A DNA stretch of 64,000 bases from an uncultured bacterium (GCA_963707865.1 OY970175.1:630028-694027), one strand, 5' to 3'. Shown: positions 34,374-44,841, counted from the first letter of the stretch. A program made the numbers and translations. Notes: a model not told the origin generated them from the sequence alone.

Positions 34374-36467
34374 TTATGCTTGGAGGTCCAAGTTCTGCAC
34401 CGTCGCCGCGTGCGCTTGGATAAAATTCTTGCGCGGTTCCACGGCATCGCCCATCAGTATGTCAAAAAGTTTGTCCGCCTTTTCCGCATCGTCCACCATC
34501 ACCTGCTTCATTGTGCGGTTCTCCGGATTCATGGTCGTTTCCCAAAGCTGTCCTGCGTTCATCTCCCCCAAGCCCTTGTACCGCTGGATGTTCGGGAGGC
34601 GCGTATTGCCGCCCACACTTCCACTCTCTGGCATCACCTCTCCCTCTATTACAGTCCCCTCTGTAGCGGCCGCGGAAGAAGCATCGTTGGTGGCTGGCGC
34701 TTCTTTTTTCTTCGCGGACTTTTTCTCCGCCGGTTTTTCTTTCTGCATCTCCGCGATCACCTTATCTTTCTCTGTATCCGAGAACGCATACCGCACGGCC
34801 TTGCCAAGCTGTATGCGATACAGCGGCGGCTGCGCAATATAAAGGTAACCGCCTTCCACTACTTCCTTAAAGTAACGGTAGAAGAGCGTGAGGAGCAGCG
34901 TCCGGATGTGCGCGCCGTCAACGTCCGCGTCCGTCATGATGATGACCTTGTGGTACCGAAGCTTCCCTATGTCAAACTCTTCGCCAATCGCCGTCCCGAT
35001 CGCGACCACAAGTGCACGCACTTCGGCATTCGCGAGCATCTTGTCCAAGTGCGCTCTTTCCACGTTTAAAATCTTCCCGCGCAAAGGAAGAATCGCCTGT
35101 GTGTGACGATTTCTCCCCTGCTTTGCCGTACCTCCCGCCGAATCGCCTTCCACAATAAAGAGTTCCGACTCCGCGGCATCTTTTGAAATGCAGTCGGCAA
35201 GCTTGCCTGGCAACGTAAGCCCCTCAAAGGCACCTTTGCGCAAAACAGTTTCCCGCGCTGCGCGTGCGGCAAGCCGCGCCTTCGCGGTAAGCAACACCTT
35301 CGCGACGATGGACTTCGCTTCCTGCGGGTGCTTCTCCAAAAAATCCTTCAGCGCCTCGTTCACCACGCTCTCCACCGCCGTCCGTGCCTCTGGATTGCCG
35401 AGCTTCGCTTTGGTCTGCCCTTCAAACTGCGGCTCGCGGAGCTTCACGGAAATCACGGCCATCAACCCCTCGCGCACATCGTCGCTCGTCAGGTTCTCGT
35501 CCTTTTCTTTCAGGTATCCTTCTGCACGCGCATAGGCATTCAAAGAACGCGTGAGTGCCGAACGGAAACCGGTGAGATGCATCCCACCGTCCGGCGTGTA
35601 AATGTTGTTCGCAAAGCTCATCTCCTGCACCTTCGTGTCGTCCACGTACTGGAACGCCGCTTCCACGTCTATCTTTTCCTGTTCTTTATCAACGTAAAAA
35701 ATATCTTCCTGCAGCTTGTTCTTCTTTTCGGCAAGGAATCGCACGAACGAAAGCAATCCGCCCTCGAAATAAAATCCATAGAATATCGGTACTTTCAGAC
35801 GGTGGTCAAACACATTGAGCCGCACGCCTTTTGTGAGGTACGCCTGCTGGCGTAAATGGTCCAATATGGTCTTGTCGTTGAATTCCATCTCGGAAAAAAC
35901 CTGCGGATCGGGGGAAAAAGTGACTTTGGTGCCATGCCATTTGGAAGCGCCTGCTTTCTTCACTTTGTATTTCGGTTTCCCGCGTTCGTATTCCTGCACG
36001 TAGAGCCCCCCGTCGCGCCCCACTTCCACTTTGAGCCATTCCGAAAGCGCGTTCACGACAGATACACCTACCCCGTGCAGCCCACCAGAAACTTTGTACG
36101 ATTCGCCGCCGAATTTGCCTCCGGCGTGGAGCGTCGTCATCACGGTCTCAAGTGCCGACTTCTTCGTCTGCGCATGTCTTTCCACCGGAATGCCCCGGCC
36201 GTCGTCCGTCACCGCCACTTTATTTCCGGGCAAGAGCTCAACCACGATATTCTTCGCGTATCCCGCCATCGCCTCATCAATAGAGTTGTCCACCACCTCC
36301 CAGATCAAGTGGTGCAATCCGATGGACCCCGTGGAGCCGATGTACATTCCGGGCCGCTTGCGCACCGGCTCAAGCCCTTCAAGAACGTAAATGTCCTTCG
36401 CGCTGTAGGATGCGCTGCCTTTGTTGGTATCCTTTTTGACCTCCTTTTTCGCTTGTTTTTTGGGCAT
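34374..36467 (-). CDS. gyrB: DNA gyrase subunit B (type IIA topoisomerase ATPase subunit).
   Basis: GHKL ATPase motifs (LHHLIWEVVDNSIDEA, GLHGVG), Toprim domain (EGDSAGG) and a C-terminal tail. Confidence 0.9.
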   Translation of the reverse strand: MPKKQAKKEVKKDTNKGSASYSAKDIYVLEGLEPVRKRPGMYIGSTGSIGLHHLIWEVVDNSIDEAMAGYAKNIVVELLPGNKVAVTDDGRGIPVERHAQTKKSALETVMTTLHAGGKFGGESYKVSGGLHGVGVSVVNALSEWLKVEVGRDGGLYVQEYERGKPKYKVKKAGASKWHGTKVTFSPDPQVFSEMEFNDKTILDHLRQQAYLTKGVRLNVFDHRLKVPIFYGFYFEGGLLSFVRFLAEKKNKLQEDIFYVDKEQEKIDVEAAFQYVDDTKVQEMSFANNIYTPDGGMHLTGFRSALTRSLNAYARAEGYLKEKDENLTSDDVREGLMAVISVKLREPQFEGQTKAKLGNPEARTAVESVVNEALKDFLEKHPQEAKSIVAKVLLTAKARLAARAARETVLRKGAFEGLTLPGKLADCISKDAAESELFIVEGDSAGGTAKQGRNRHTQAILPLRGKILNVERAHLDKMLANAEVRALVVAIGTAIGEEFDIGKLRYHKVIIMTDADVDGAHIRTLLLTLFYRYFKEVVEGGYLYIAQPPLYRIQLGKAVRYAFSDTEKDKVIAEMQKEKPAEKKSAKKKEAPATNDASSAAATEGTVIEGEVMPESGSVGGNTRLPNIQRYKGLGEMNAGQLWETTMNPENRTMKQVMVDDAEKADKLFDILMGDAVEPRKNFIQAHAATVQNLDLQA

Positions 36468-36542
36468 TTTCGGGCCTCTTCAAAAAATAATCCCGCCGGA
36501 ACGGATGTCTTATTCTAGCACATTTTGGCCCCGCTTTTCAAG

Positions 36543-37691
36543 CTAAAATTGTGCGGTTTGCGGGACGCCGAGGCCGGTCACGTAGTCGTAGCGGGCGCGT
36601 GCGTTGCAATAATATTTGCAGGTGCCATTCGCGCCGCTCGTGATGTCGCGAAAATATTTGAGTGTATTGCCGGATGCCTTGTCCGAATACAGTTTGGAAA
36701 GCGAGACAGAAAGATTGAGCGCATGAATTGCCGCCCATTGCGGCGCCCCTGCGGAGGTGCCGCCGATCGTATACCAACCATTCTTTGAGGAACCAGTAGT
36801 CCTGTAAACCACATAACCGGATTTTGGATCGGCGTTATAGGCCACGTCGGGGACCGCGCGATGGCCGCTCGCTTTCGGAATGTTGTACGCCCTTTGATAG
36901 TCCGGCTCCGGCTCATACGCACTCACGCCGCCGCCGCTTCCCGACCATGCGGCCTCCGAAATGAACGCGCCGCTTTTAAAAAGCTCCAGCGAGGTGCCGC
37001 CGACGCCAACCACGTTCGGCGATGCAGCGGGCCACTCCACACCCGCGCCGTCGTCACCCGACGCCGCAAAAAATACCGCGCCCGATCTACTCACGAGATG
37101 CGAATCAAGCGAAAGCTCTTCGGGAAACTCATCGCCGCCCCAGCTCATAGAGACCGCGGCCACATCTTTTCGCGCAGCAGCATAATCAATCGCCGCGAGC
37201 AGGTTCGCGCCACTCGCCGTCTTTGCCTCCACGAGCAGGATCTTCGCCTGCGGCGCTATCGCGTGCGCCCATTCAACGTCAAGTGATTCCTCCAATGCCC
37301 ATCCGCCGTTCGTCGCCGTTGAGCTCGCCATTTTATGTTTTTCGAAGCAACCGTTTTTTGTGGTGCACGCGGGCAATCCGTAGATTTTATTGAATACTGC
37401 GAGATCATTCTCAATGTTCGGGGCGTCATATGCATCAATGATGGCGATCGTCCCCTGCCCGCCCGTGGACGGCAAGTTATAAATCCTTTTAATCTCCGCC
37501 GGCGTGACGCCCGCGGGCGCCTTCTGCGCCGACCGGAAAATGCGAATCGGCGGCCTGCCTAAAAAGCCGGAAAAATGATAAGCGGCCTCCGCCGTCCGCA
37601 ACGGCGGCAAAGCCGACGACCAAACCGGCATCCACGCCCAACCGCCCGCAACCGCAACGCATAAAAAACACGACAAAATTTTGTTTTTCAT
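36543..37691 (-). CDS. Secreted S8/S53 (sedolisin-like) serine peptidase.
   Basis: Signal peptide, Asp in IAIIDAYD, SGDDG, and the Ser motif GGTSAGAPQWAA. Confidence 0.6.
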   Translation of the reverse strand: MKNKILSCFLCVAVAGGWAWMPVWSSALPPLRTAEAAYHFSGFLGRPPIRIFRSAQKAPAGVTPAEIKRIYNLPSTGGQGTIAIIDAYDAPNIENDLAVFNKIYGLPACTTKNGCFEKHKMASSTATNGGWALEESLDVEWAHAIAPQAKILLVEAKTASGANLLAAIDYAAARKDVAAVSMSWGGDEFPEELSLDSHLVSRSGAVFFAASGDDGAGVEWPAASPNVVGVGGTSLELFKSGAFISEAAWSGSGGGVSAYEPEPDYQRAYNIPKASGHRAVPDVAYNADPKSGYVVYRTTGSSKNGWYTIGGTSAGAPQWAAIHALNLSVSLSKLYSDKASGNTLKYFRDITSGANGTCKYYCNARARYDYVTGLGVPQTAQF

Positions 37692-37953
37692 GCCGCAATC
37701 CTAGCACAAAGGGCATTAAAACTATCTTAAAGGAAACAAGGAAACATGGAGTCAGGCATAACCTTCTGTAAGGGACGGCGTCGTTTCCTCCGACAGGGAA
37801 ACGCGTCCCTCTCACCACGGCAGGCGACCTAAGGGTCGCCTCAAGCCGCCGTGGCTCCAAGACACCCTTACAAAAGGTTATGCTTGGTTTTGCTGTCCAC
37901 TACACTGAATCGTTTTTGGAGCTGTTTCTCCACATTCCGTCTGTGGTGTCAGT

Positions 37954-38739
37954 CTAGCGCTTCGGCCAACCTATGATGACCGACGTGGTATTGGGCGAAG
38001 AAAAAGTGCCCTGCGGATTCAACGCCGAGAGAACTTCCCGAGCTCTTTTATCAAAAGCATCCACCTTATTTCCAAATAACGCTTTGGATGCAAAAGAGCT
38101 GGAGTATAACATGCCGAGGATCGTATCAATATCAATTTCCCCCTGCTCATTAAACTTAAACGTTTCGGTGGAAAAGTTCGCGTCTTCTAGCATCTCTTTA
38201 TAAGGTTTTCCCGGCGGAGCGAAGGTGCCCGATCCCGCACGGCGTTCTTCTCCGAGAAATTCTTTTACCGCGCCGATCACCTCCTTCTGCCACTCCTGCT
38301 TTCCATTCCACCAACTTTCACCATTCACAAGCACGAGCCCTCCCCCGGAGGTAAGCGAATGATGGACATGCGGAAGAATGGCCCTCTGGTCCATCCAGTG
38401 AAATGCACTTCCGATGCCGACCAATCGAAACGTGTCGTCGGTCGGGAAGAACTCCTCCGCGGTCTTCAAAACCCATTGGATATTCCTATCTCCCCGCTTT
38501 TCTGCTATTGTGCTCCCCATCGCAAGCATTTCTGCATCAGGGTCAACTGCAATAACTCTTGCGAAATCATGAGTAAGTGGAAAGGTTAATCGTCCCGTGC
38601 CACACCCGAGGTCAAGGAATACGCCTTTGCCGTCCAGATGAAACGTGGAACGGATGAACGCAAAAACTTTACCCGGATATTGGAGACGATATCGTTCATA
38701 ATATGAAGCAGTTCCTCGAAAGAGATTTGGATCGTTCAT
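37954..38739 (-). CDS. Class I SAM-dependent methyltransferase.
   Basis: Motif I (VFLDLGCGTGRL). Confidence 0.65.
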   Translation of the reverse strand: MNDPNLFRGTASYYERYRLQYPGKVFAFIRSTFHLDGKGVFLDLGCGTGRLTFPLTHDFARVIAVDPDAEMLAMGSTIAEKRGDRNIQWVLKTAEEFFPTDDTFRLVGIGSAFHWMDQRAILPHVHHSLTSGGGLVLVNGESWWNGKQEWQKEVIGAVKEFLGEERRAGSGTFAPPGKPYKEMLEDANFSTETFKFNEQGEIDIDTILGMLYSSSFASKALFGNKVDAFDKRAREVLSALNPQGTFSSPNTTSVIIGWPKR

Positions 38740-38765
38740 TAGGCTAGATTATAACAAAGAGAGAA

Positions 38766-40187
38766 CTACCCCTTCGTGCTGCGGTCGTTCACGCTCACAA
38801 AGCGGAACCCTTCCGAGCGCATGGCGGGGAGGATATAGGGCGTGTCATCATTCTCCATAGAAAGCGTGGGGTGCGAAGGCGAGAGGTGTGTGACGCGGCT
38901 CAGGGCCTGGGGCAAACTTTCGTCAAAGCGGAGGTGCTCAGTGGGACCGACAACCTCGCCATCCTTCACGAGGAAAACGCCGTGGAGCGTGGTGCCGGTG
39001 GCGCTCCCGTCCTGCTGGTGCGTCGCGCGGATATAATGGAGCGTCGTGATCCAGAGCGCGGGCTTTTTTGACGCGCGGATCATTTCTTCCACGTTTGAAG
39101 CGCCGCCTTCAATCGCAAGGTGAAGCGGCAGGGCGCCGAAACTCCTCATGGACGCCGGTAGAGCGTGGCCAGTGGAAACCGTACCGTATTTTTTCGCGAG
39201 CGCGTTGTCGTACGCCACACCCTTCGCAATGCCTTTTTCCACAAGCACAAGCTTCTGCTTCGGAAATCCTTCGTAATCAAACGCTTGTGGAATGCCCTGC
39301 GGATTTAAAGGGTCGTCCACGATCGTGATGTTCTCCCCCATCACGCGCGTGCCGAGCTTTCCGGAAAAAAAGCTCGTGCCTTCCTGGTACGCTTTCCCAT
39401 TCCACGCTTCCGCCTGCCCCGAAAAAATCGCGAGGAGCCCCGCCCAACATGACGGCTCCATGATCACGTCCAATCGCTGCGGCCCCGGTTTCCCGCCAAA
39501 GGGATCAATGCGCTTCCCACCGTGCGCCGTAAGATATTTTTTTTGGATCGCGAGTTTCTTTCTCACATCCTCCGCGACCACGGCGACACCGAATTCCTTG
39601 AGCGATTTCCCCGCCACCGTGCGGTATGCGGAAATAGAACGGTCATTCGGATCAAAACCGAAGATGGAAAGTTCCGCGCTCGTGGCCTTCGCATTCTGGA
39701 GAGTACCTGCAGAATTCGCGAATGTGAGCTCGCTCACGCCCTGCGCAATCGCGCCGTCAAATACGAATCCCGCCGGTTCAATGATTCCGTTCACTTCCTG
39801 TATGGTGCGCACGAGCTTTCCGTCATCCATTTGCGCGGTTTCCGCGTCGTAGAGCAGCGCCTCCGGAACGGATGCTTTGGGGAACGGTTTCGCGGGAATG
39901 AAAAGTTCCTCCCTTTCGCGCGGCAGGAGGCGCGCCTTCAAAAATAAATTTTCAATTTCGCCCGGGAGCGCGCCCAATGAATCGCACGATGCGTTCACCC
40001 GCTTGCCGTCAATGATGCAGCTCACCATGATGGAAATCCCCTCGCCCGCCGTCGGCTGGTAACTCTCGCCGTCCGTGATGCGCTTGAATGAGTGTGTGCC
40101 TTGCGAAACCATCGCTTCCGTAAACGCTGCGCCTCGTTTTTTTGTATCCTCAAGAACTTTTGCGATAATCTCCTGTGCGTTTTTCAT
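38766..40187 (-). CDS. pmbA: TldD/PmbA-family metalloprotease (PmbA-like partner).
   Basis: PmbA_TldD fold, paired with the upstream tldD-like gene. Confidence 0.7.
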   Translation of the reverse strand: MKNAQEIIAKVLEDTKKRGAAFTEAMVSQGTHSFKRITDGESYQPTAGEGISIMVSCIIDGKRVNASCDSLGALPGEIENLFLKARLLPREREELFIPAKPFPKASVPEALLYDAETAQMDDGKLVRTIQEVNGIIEPAGFVFDGAIAQGVSELTFANSAGTLQNAKATSAELSIFGFDPNDRSISAYRTVAGKSLKEFGVAVVAEDVRKKLAIQKKYLTAHGGKRIDPFGGKPGPQRLDVIMEPSCWAGLLAIFSGQAEAWNGKAYQEGTSFFSGKLGTRVMGENITIVDDPLNPQGIPQAFDYEGFPKQKLVLVEKGIAKGVAYDNALAKKYGTVSTGHALPASMRSFGALPLHLAIEGGASNVEEMIRASKKPALWITTLHYIRATHQQDGSATGTTLHGVFLVKDGEVVGPTEHLRFDESLPQALSRVTHLSPSHPTLSMENDDTPYILPAMRSEGFRFVSVNDRSTKG

Positions 40188-40228
40188 GTTGGGGAAAATT
40201 TTTGAAAATATTCGGCGAGGTGTACGTG

Positions 40229-41782
40229 CTATTTTTTCACGGCGGTCGCCGAACGCGATGAATCAACATTGATATCTTTGTACCAGGTGGGCGGCGTACA
40301 ATGCCCGGTGGCCATACTTTGCACCGGCCGTCCTTTCCCGCAATTGCCGACGCCGAGCAAGAGCGCACTCTTTGCATCTGCGGGCGTCACGCAGTTCCTG
40401 AAAAACTGCTTCAAATTGTCACCACGATAAATAGGATTGCGCCGCGGCTCCCATACCGCCCTCCCGTTCCGCAAAACTTTCTCCCATCCGGTCTCCGTGC
40501 CGAACTGGAAATCGCGGCGGTAGGGATCAATGGACCAGCTCTTGTTGTTGCCGAAGCGGATCGTTCCCGCGGGCACGCGGTCCAGCATCTCCTCATACGA
40601 AATTTCGCCGGGGAGGAGAGAAATATTGTTCATGCGAATAAGTGGAAACGCGGCATAGCTCGCCGCGCGCATGGCGCCGCTCGCTTCCGTGAAATAATTT
40701 TTGCCGAGTTTGCGATTGAGCGACGGCACGCTCTCGCGGGAAACAAGAAGTCCCTTCCAGATGCCGCGATCCACGAGCACCGTCTTTTTCGCAGGAACCC
40801 CTTCGTCGTCGCAGGCGAACGTCCCCACGCCGCCCTCCGTCAAGCTGTCGGCAACGATGCTCACTGCGTCAGAACCAAACCGAAACGAGCCGATCTCGGG
40901 GAGCACAAGCGAGAACAAGCTGCCGCCAGAGAGCGACCATTCTTTGTCGTCCACGCGATCACCTTCCGCGCCGTGTACCGTTTCGTGCGTCGCATGCAGG
41001 TTATTCTGTTCCGGCATCAAAATGATGTCGCGCACGCCAGTCGGGGTTTCCGACGCATCCAAAAACCGATCCGCCTCTTCCGCAATCCGCCCCGCGTTTC
41101 CCGCAAGATCAAAATCAAGCACCGCTTCCCACCCTTTTTGCATGACCGACGGGAAGTGCGACGGGTGGGAACAGGTCTGCTTGTCCGGATCGGCATGGTC
41201 GCGTTCTGCGGTCGCCGTGACGCTTGCGCCGACGCGCGTGAACATTTGGTCGGCGAACACCTCGTCGCTCGTGAGCAAAATCTTTCTGAAGCGATAGGAG
41301 TTTATGCTCCCCTTTCTCAAAAACACGCGCTTGCTCGCATCGGCCATCGCCCGATCCGCGCGCAAAAGCAATTCCACTTTTTTATCAACCGCAATGGAAA
41401 ATGGATCGGTCTCATATTTGGAAGCGTAATGATAATCCTTTCCGCGTTCGTCCTCGCAAAGCGGCAGGAGCGCGACAGGATGCTTGCGCGTCGCCGCATT
41501 CGCACGCGCGTTCGCGAGCGCGCGGTCCACTACCTTCCCAATCTCCGCCCGCTCCAATGTATCGGTCGCATAAAATCCCCAGGCGCCCTCGCAAAGCACA
41601 CGCACGCCGAATCCCGCATGCGTGCCCGTACTCACACTCGTGACTTCGCCGTTCTCCGTTTCCACTTCTTCAAAACGATCCTCGGGGTAAACTCGTATAT
41701 CTGCATAGGAAGCGCCCCCGCGCCTTGCGCGCTGAATCGCTTCCTCGGTGAACGAACGCCAATCCTCCATAATGCTTTCCAT
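40229..41782 (-). CDS. tldD: TldD-family metalloprotease.
   Basis: TldD-like sequence with a conserved His-rich segment (HATHETVHGAEGD). Start chosen at the internal MESIMEDW; the ORF extends to 41866. Confidence 0.7.
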   Translation of the reverse strand: MESIMEDWRSFTEEAIQRARRGGASYADIRVYPEDRFEEVETENGEVTSVSTGTHAGFGVRVLCEGAWGFYATDTLERAEIGKVVDRALANARANAATRKHPVALLPLCEDERGKDYHYASKYETDPFSIAVDKKVELLLRADRAMADASKRVFLRKGSINSYRFRKILLTSDEVFADQMFTRVGASVTATAERDHADPDKQTCSHPSHFPSVMQKGWEAVLDFDLAGNAGRIAEEADRFLDASETPTGVRDIILMPEQNNLHATHETVHGAEGDRVDDKEWSLSGGSLFSLVLPEIGSFRFGSDAVSIVADSLTEGGVGTFACDDEGVPAKKTVLVDRGIWKGLLVSRESVPSLNRKLGKNYFTEASGAMRAASYAAFPLIRMNNISLLPGEISYEEMLDRVPAGTIRFGNNKSWSIDPYRRDFQFGTETGWEKVLRNGRAVWEPRRNPIYRGDNLKQFFRNCVTPADAKSALLLGVGNCGKGRPVQSMATGHCTPPTWYKDINVDSSRSATAVKK

Positions 41783-41865
41783 TGTAAGAAAATTCGGGCC
41801 TAAACGCCAGAGCCCACCTGCGGGCCCTGGCACCAATTCCCTCACGCTTTTCGTATAATTATCCA

Positions 41866-42444
41866 ATGAAAAAATATTTCCTGTCTTTTTTCCTCGTCAT
41901 CGCTTTCGCGTTTTACGTTATGCTCAACAACCAAAGTTCGGTGGATATCGGTCCTTCCGCCGGCGCGCCGATAACGGCGAACACCGGTGCCAATGCGAAC
42001 AACGCAGCGGGCTTGCCCGCCGAGCCGACGCAAAGGAGTACGGGCAGCGGCACGACGGGCCAGACGGAGGACAACGGCAGCTCGGGGAACGGAGGAACCG
42101 CAACGCCGTCGCCTGCGCCGACACAAACGCCAACCCCGACGCCGGCACAAACTGCGGGCGCATATAAAGACGGCTCTTACACTGGAAGTGTGGCCAACGC
42201 GTACTATGGCAATGTCCAGGTGAAAGCAATTGTCCAGGGCGGGCAACTAAGCGACGTACAAGTTCTCCAATACCCGAGCGACCGCGGCACTTCGCGCGAG
42301 ATCAACGGCGCCGCAATGCCGCAGCTTGTGCAAGAGGCGATCCAGGCGCAGAGCGCGAACGTAAACGTCGTTTCGGGTGCTACGCAATCAAGCGGAGCGT
42401 TTCAACAATCGCTCGCCTCGGCGCTCGCGCAGGCAAAAGCATAG
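41866..42444 (+). CDS. Secreted FMN-binding domain protein (NqrC/RnfG-like FMN_bind).
   Basis: Signal-anchor, Thr/Pro-rich linker and FMN_bind motifs (YKDGSYTGSV…VQVKAIVQGGQLSDVQVL…VSGATQSSGAF). Confidence 0.65.
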   Translation: MKKYFLSFFLVIAFAFYVMLNNQSSVDIGPSAGAPITANTGANANNAAGLPAEPTQRSTGSGTTGQTEDNGSSGNGGTATPSPAPTQTPTPTPAQTAGAYKDGSYTGSVANAYYGNVQVKAIVQGGQLSDVQVLQYPSDRGTSREINGAAMPQLVQEAIQAQSANVNVVSGATQSSGAFQQSLASALAQAKA

Positions 42445-42457
42445 ACCGCACCGCACG

Positions 42458-43210
42458 ATGAAAGAAACGAGGATCCTGATGGACATGCCGATCACGGTGG
42501 AGATCGCGGATGCGGCGGACGCAAAAGCCGCCGAAGAAGCCGTGCGCGCGGCGTTCAATTATTTCAAATACGTGGACGAAAAATTCAGTACCTACAAAGA
42601 TACAAGCGAGATCACGGCGATCAATAAGGGAAACCTCCCATCCGAAAAGCGAAGCAAAGAAATGAAAAATATTTTCAAACTTTCGGAAGAAACCAAAAAA
42701 CTTACGGATGGTTATTTTGATATTAAACGCCCCGACGGCATGTACGACCCGTCAGGCATAGTGAAAGGATGGGCAATTTGGCAAACCGCAAAAATGGTTG
42801 AAGAGCGGGGCTTCAAAAATTTCTACGTGGACGCGGGCGGCGACATCCAAACGCACGGCGCGAACGCGGACGGCGGGAAGTGGGCGGTTGGGATAAAAAA
42901 TCCGTGGGACGAAAAAGAAAATGTGAAAATAGTATATGTAAGCGGCGAGGGTGTTGCAACCTCGGGCACTTACATCCGCGGGACACACATATATGATCCC
43001 ACGACCGGCAGGGCGGCGGACGAAATTGCGAGCATCACGGTCGTTGGCCCGAACATCTACGAAGCGGACCGCTTCGCGACCGCCGCATTCGCCATGGGCC
43101 GCGCGGGCATTCGTTTTATAGAAAAACTGGATGGCCTTGAGGGATACATGATAGATAAAAACAAAACTGCCACCATGACGAAGGGCTTTCCGAACTACAC
43201 GCATGCTTAA
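42458..43210 (+). CDS. apbE: FAD:protein FMN transferase ApbE.
   Basis: ApbE family (…TKKLTDGYFDI…GIVKGWAI…DAGGDI…ATSGTYIRG). Start at the internal MKETRIL. Confidence 0.75.
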   Translation: MKETRILMDMPITVEIADAADAKAAEEAVRAAFNYFKYVDEKFSTYKDTSEITAINKGNLPSEKRSKEMKNIFKLSEETKKLTDGYFDIKRPDGMYDPSGIVKGWAIWQTAKMVEERGFKNFYVDAGGDIQTHGANADGGKWAVGIKNPWDEKENVKIVYVSGEGVATSGTYIRGTHIYDPTTGRAADEIASITVVGPNIYEADRFATAAFAMGRAGIRFIEKLDGLEGYMIDKNKTATMTKGFPNYTHA

Positions 43211-44735
43211 GAAAATAGACAATCTTCTCAACCAGATCACGATGTACCGGCTCACGCTCTACGTTTTGATCGCGTTCCTCGTGATCGCCGCCGCGTTCGG
43301 CGCCCTGGGCATTCTTCCCTATTCGCCCGTCGTAATCGCGTTTTCAACCGCGGTGCTCCTTGTTGTTGCATGGATCACGAACCAGCTCTTCGCAAAAACC
43401 TTCGGCGCGCAGCCGAACGTAGAATCGGTCTACATCACGGCGCTCATTCTGGCGCTCATCATCGCGCCCGTCATGCCCTCCGGCACCCCGGCAAGCATGG
43501 CCGGTGTTTCGTTCCTTATCTGGGCGGCAATCTGGGCAATGGCGTGCAAATACATGCTCGGGAACAAGAAAAAACACTTCTTCAACCCGGCAGCCTTTGC
43601 GGTCGTGCTCACCGCCCTCACCATCAATCAATCTGCGAATTGGTGGATTGGCGGGAACCTGCCCATGCTTGCCTTCGTTGTAATCGGCGGGTTTCTCATC
43701 GTGCGGAAGATACGGCGGTTTGACCTTGTGACAAGCTTTCTTGCCGTTGGCCTCGCGACGATCTTCCTCACTAACACCGGCGAGAATCCGCTGACCGTGC
43801 TCCAACAGGTGTTCCTCCACACGCCGATCTTTTTCCTCGCATCAGTGATGCTCACGGAACCCTTGACGACACCCCCCACACGACCGGGAAGGATCGCTTA
43901 CGGCGCGCTCGTCGGATTCCTCTTTGCGCCCGCGATCCACATCGGTTCCATTTATTCCACTCCGGAGCTCGCGCTCCTCGTTGGCAACGTTTTTTCCTAT
44001 CTCGTAAGTCCGAAGGAAAAATACGTGTTCTCGCTCAAAAAGAAGGAACGGGTCGGTACCGACATTTACGACTTTGCGCTCGCAACAGAAGGACCGATCT
44101 CTTTCCGCCCCGGCCAATATATGGAGTGGACTCTGGGCCATACGAAGAGCGACAGCCGCGGCAACCGCCGTTACTTCACCGTCGCATCATCGCCCACCGA
44201 ATCCACCCTGCACCTCGGCGTGAAATTCTACGAACCCTCAAGCAGTTTCAAAAAACGCATGCTTTCCCTGCAACCGGGCGACCTGATCGTGGGCGGACAA
44301 CTCGCGGGAGATTTCGTGCTGCCAAAGAGCAAACATAAAAAACTTGTCTTTCTCGCCGGCGGCATTGGTATCACGCCCTTCCGCAGCATGGTCAAATACC
44401 TCGTGGACCGCGAAGAGAAGCGGGATGTCGTGCTTCTCTATTCCAACCGCACCGCGGACGAGGTGTCATACCGCGAAATTTTTGACGAGGCGGCGCGCAC
44501 GATCGGGCTCAAAACGATCTATGCCGTAACGGGCGCCGACGGACCGCTCCCGCCGAACAGCTACCGGGGGCGCATTGACGCCGATCTCATTGCAAAAGCC
44601 GTCCCCGACTACCGCGAACGGACTTTCTATATTTCAGGGACGAATGCGATGGTAAATTCGCTCCGCGACACGCTCCACGCAATGCACATCCCCGACCGCC
44701 GCGTGAAAACCGACTTCTTCCCGGGATTCGCGTAG
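43203..44735 (+). CDS. Fusion protein: an RnfD/NqrB-like membrane domain plus a ferredoxin-NAD(P)+ reductase-like (NqrF-like) FAD/NAD(P)H domain.
   Basis: The N-terminal polytopic region carries the RnfD/NqrB signature MLTEPLTTPP…GRIAYGALVGFL. The C-terminal half has RYFTVASSP (RxYS) and GGIGITP motifs typical of FNR-type modules. Confidence 0.55.
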   Translation: MLKKIDNLLNQITMYRLTLYVLIAFLVIAAAFGALGILPYSPVVIAFSTAVLLVVAWITNQLFAKTFGAQPNVESVYITALILALIIAPVMPSGTPASMAGVSFLIWAAIWAMACKYMLGNKKKHFFNPAAFAVVLTALTINQSANWWIGGNLPMLAFVVIGGFLIVRKIRRFDLVTSFLAVGLATIFLTNTGENPLTVLQQVFLHTPIFFLASVMLTEPLTTPPTRPGRIAYGALVGFLFAPAIHIGSIYSTPELALLVGNVFSYLVSPKEKYVFSLKKKERVGTDIYDFALATEGPISFRPGQYMEWTLGHTKSDSRGNRRYFTVASSPTESTLHLGVKFYEPSSSFKKRMLSLQPGDLIVGGQLAGDFVLPKSKHKKLVFLAGGIGITPFRSMVKYLVDREEKRDVVLLYSNRTADEVSYREIFDEAARTIGLKTIYAVTGADGPLPPNSYRGRIDADLIAKAVPDYRERTFYISGTNAMVNSLRDTLHAMHIPDRRVKTDFFPGFA

Positions 44736-44841
44736 ATTGGCAGAATAAATAGTGCTTTTTATGCGGTGGCCAACTGCGCCATTCTCAGACCCAGCCGGAT
44801 TTACAGCCGCCGCGGAAACTGTAAGAATATCATCATAGCGC

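Noticed and set aside
34380-36518. Several plus-strand ORFs antisense to gyrB.
   Set aside because: Shadow ORFs of a GC-rich conserved gene.
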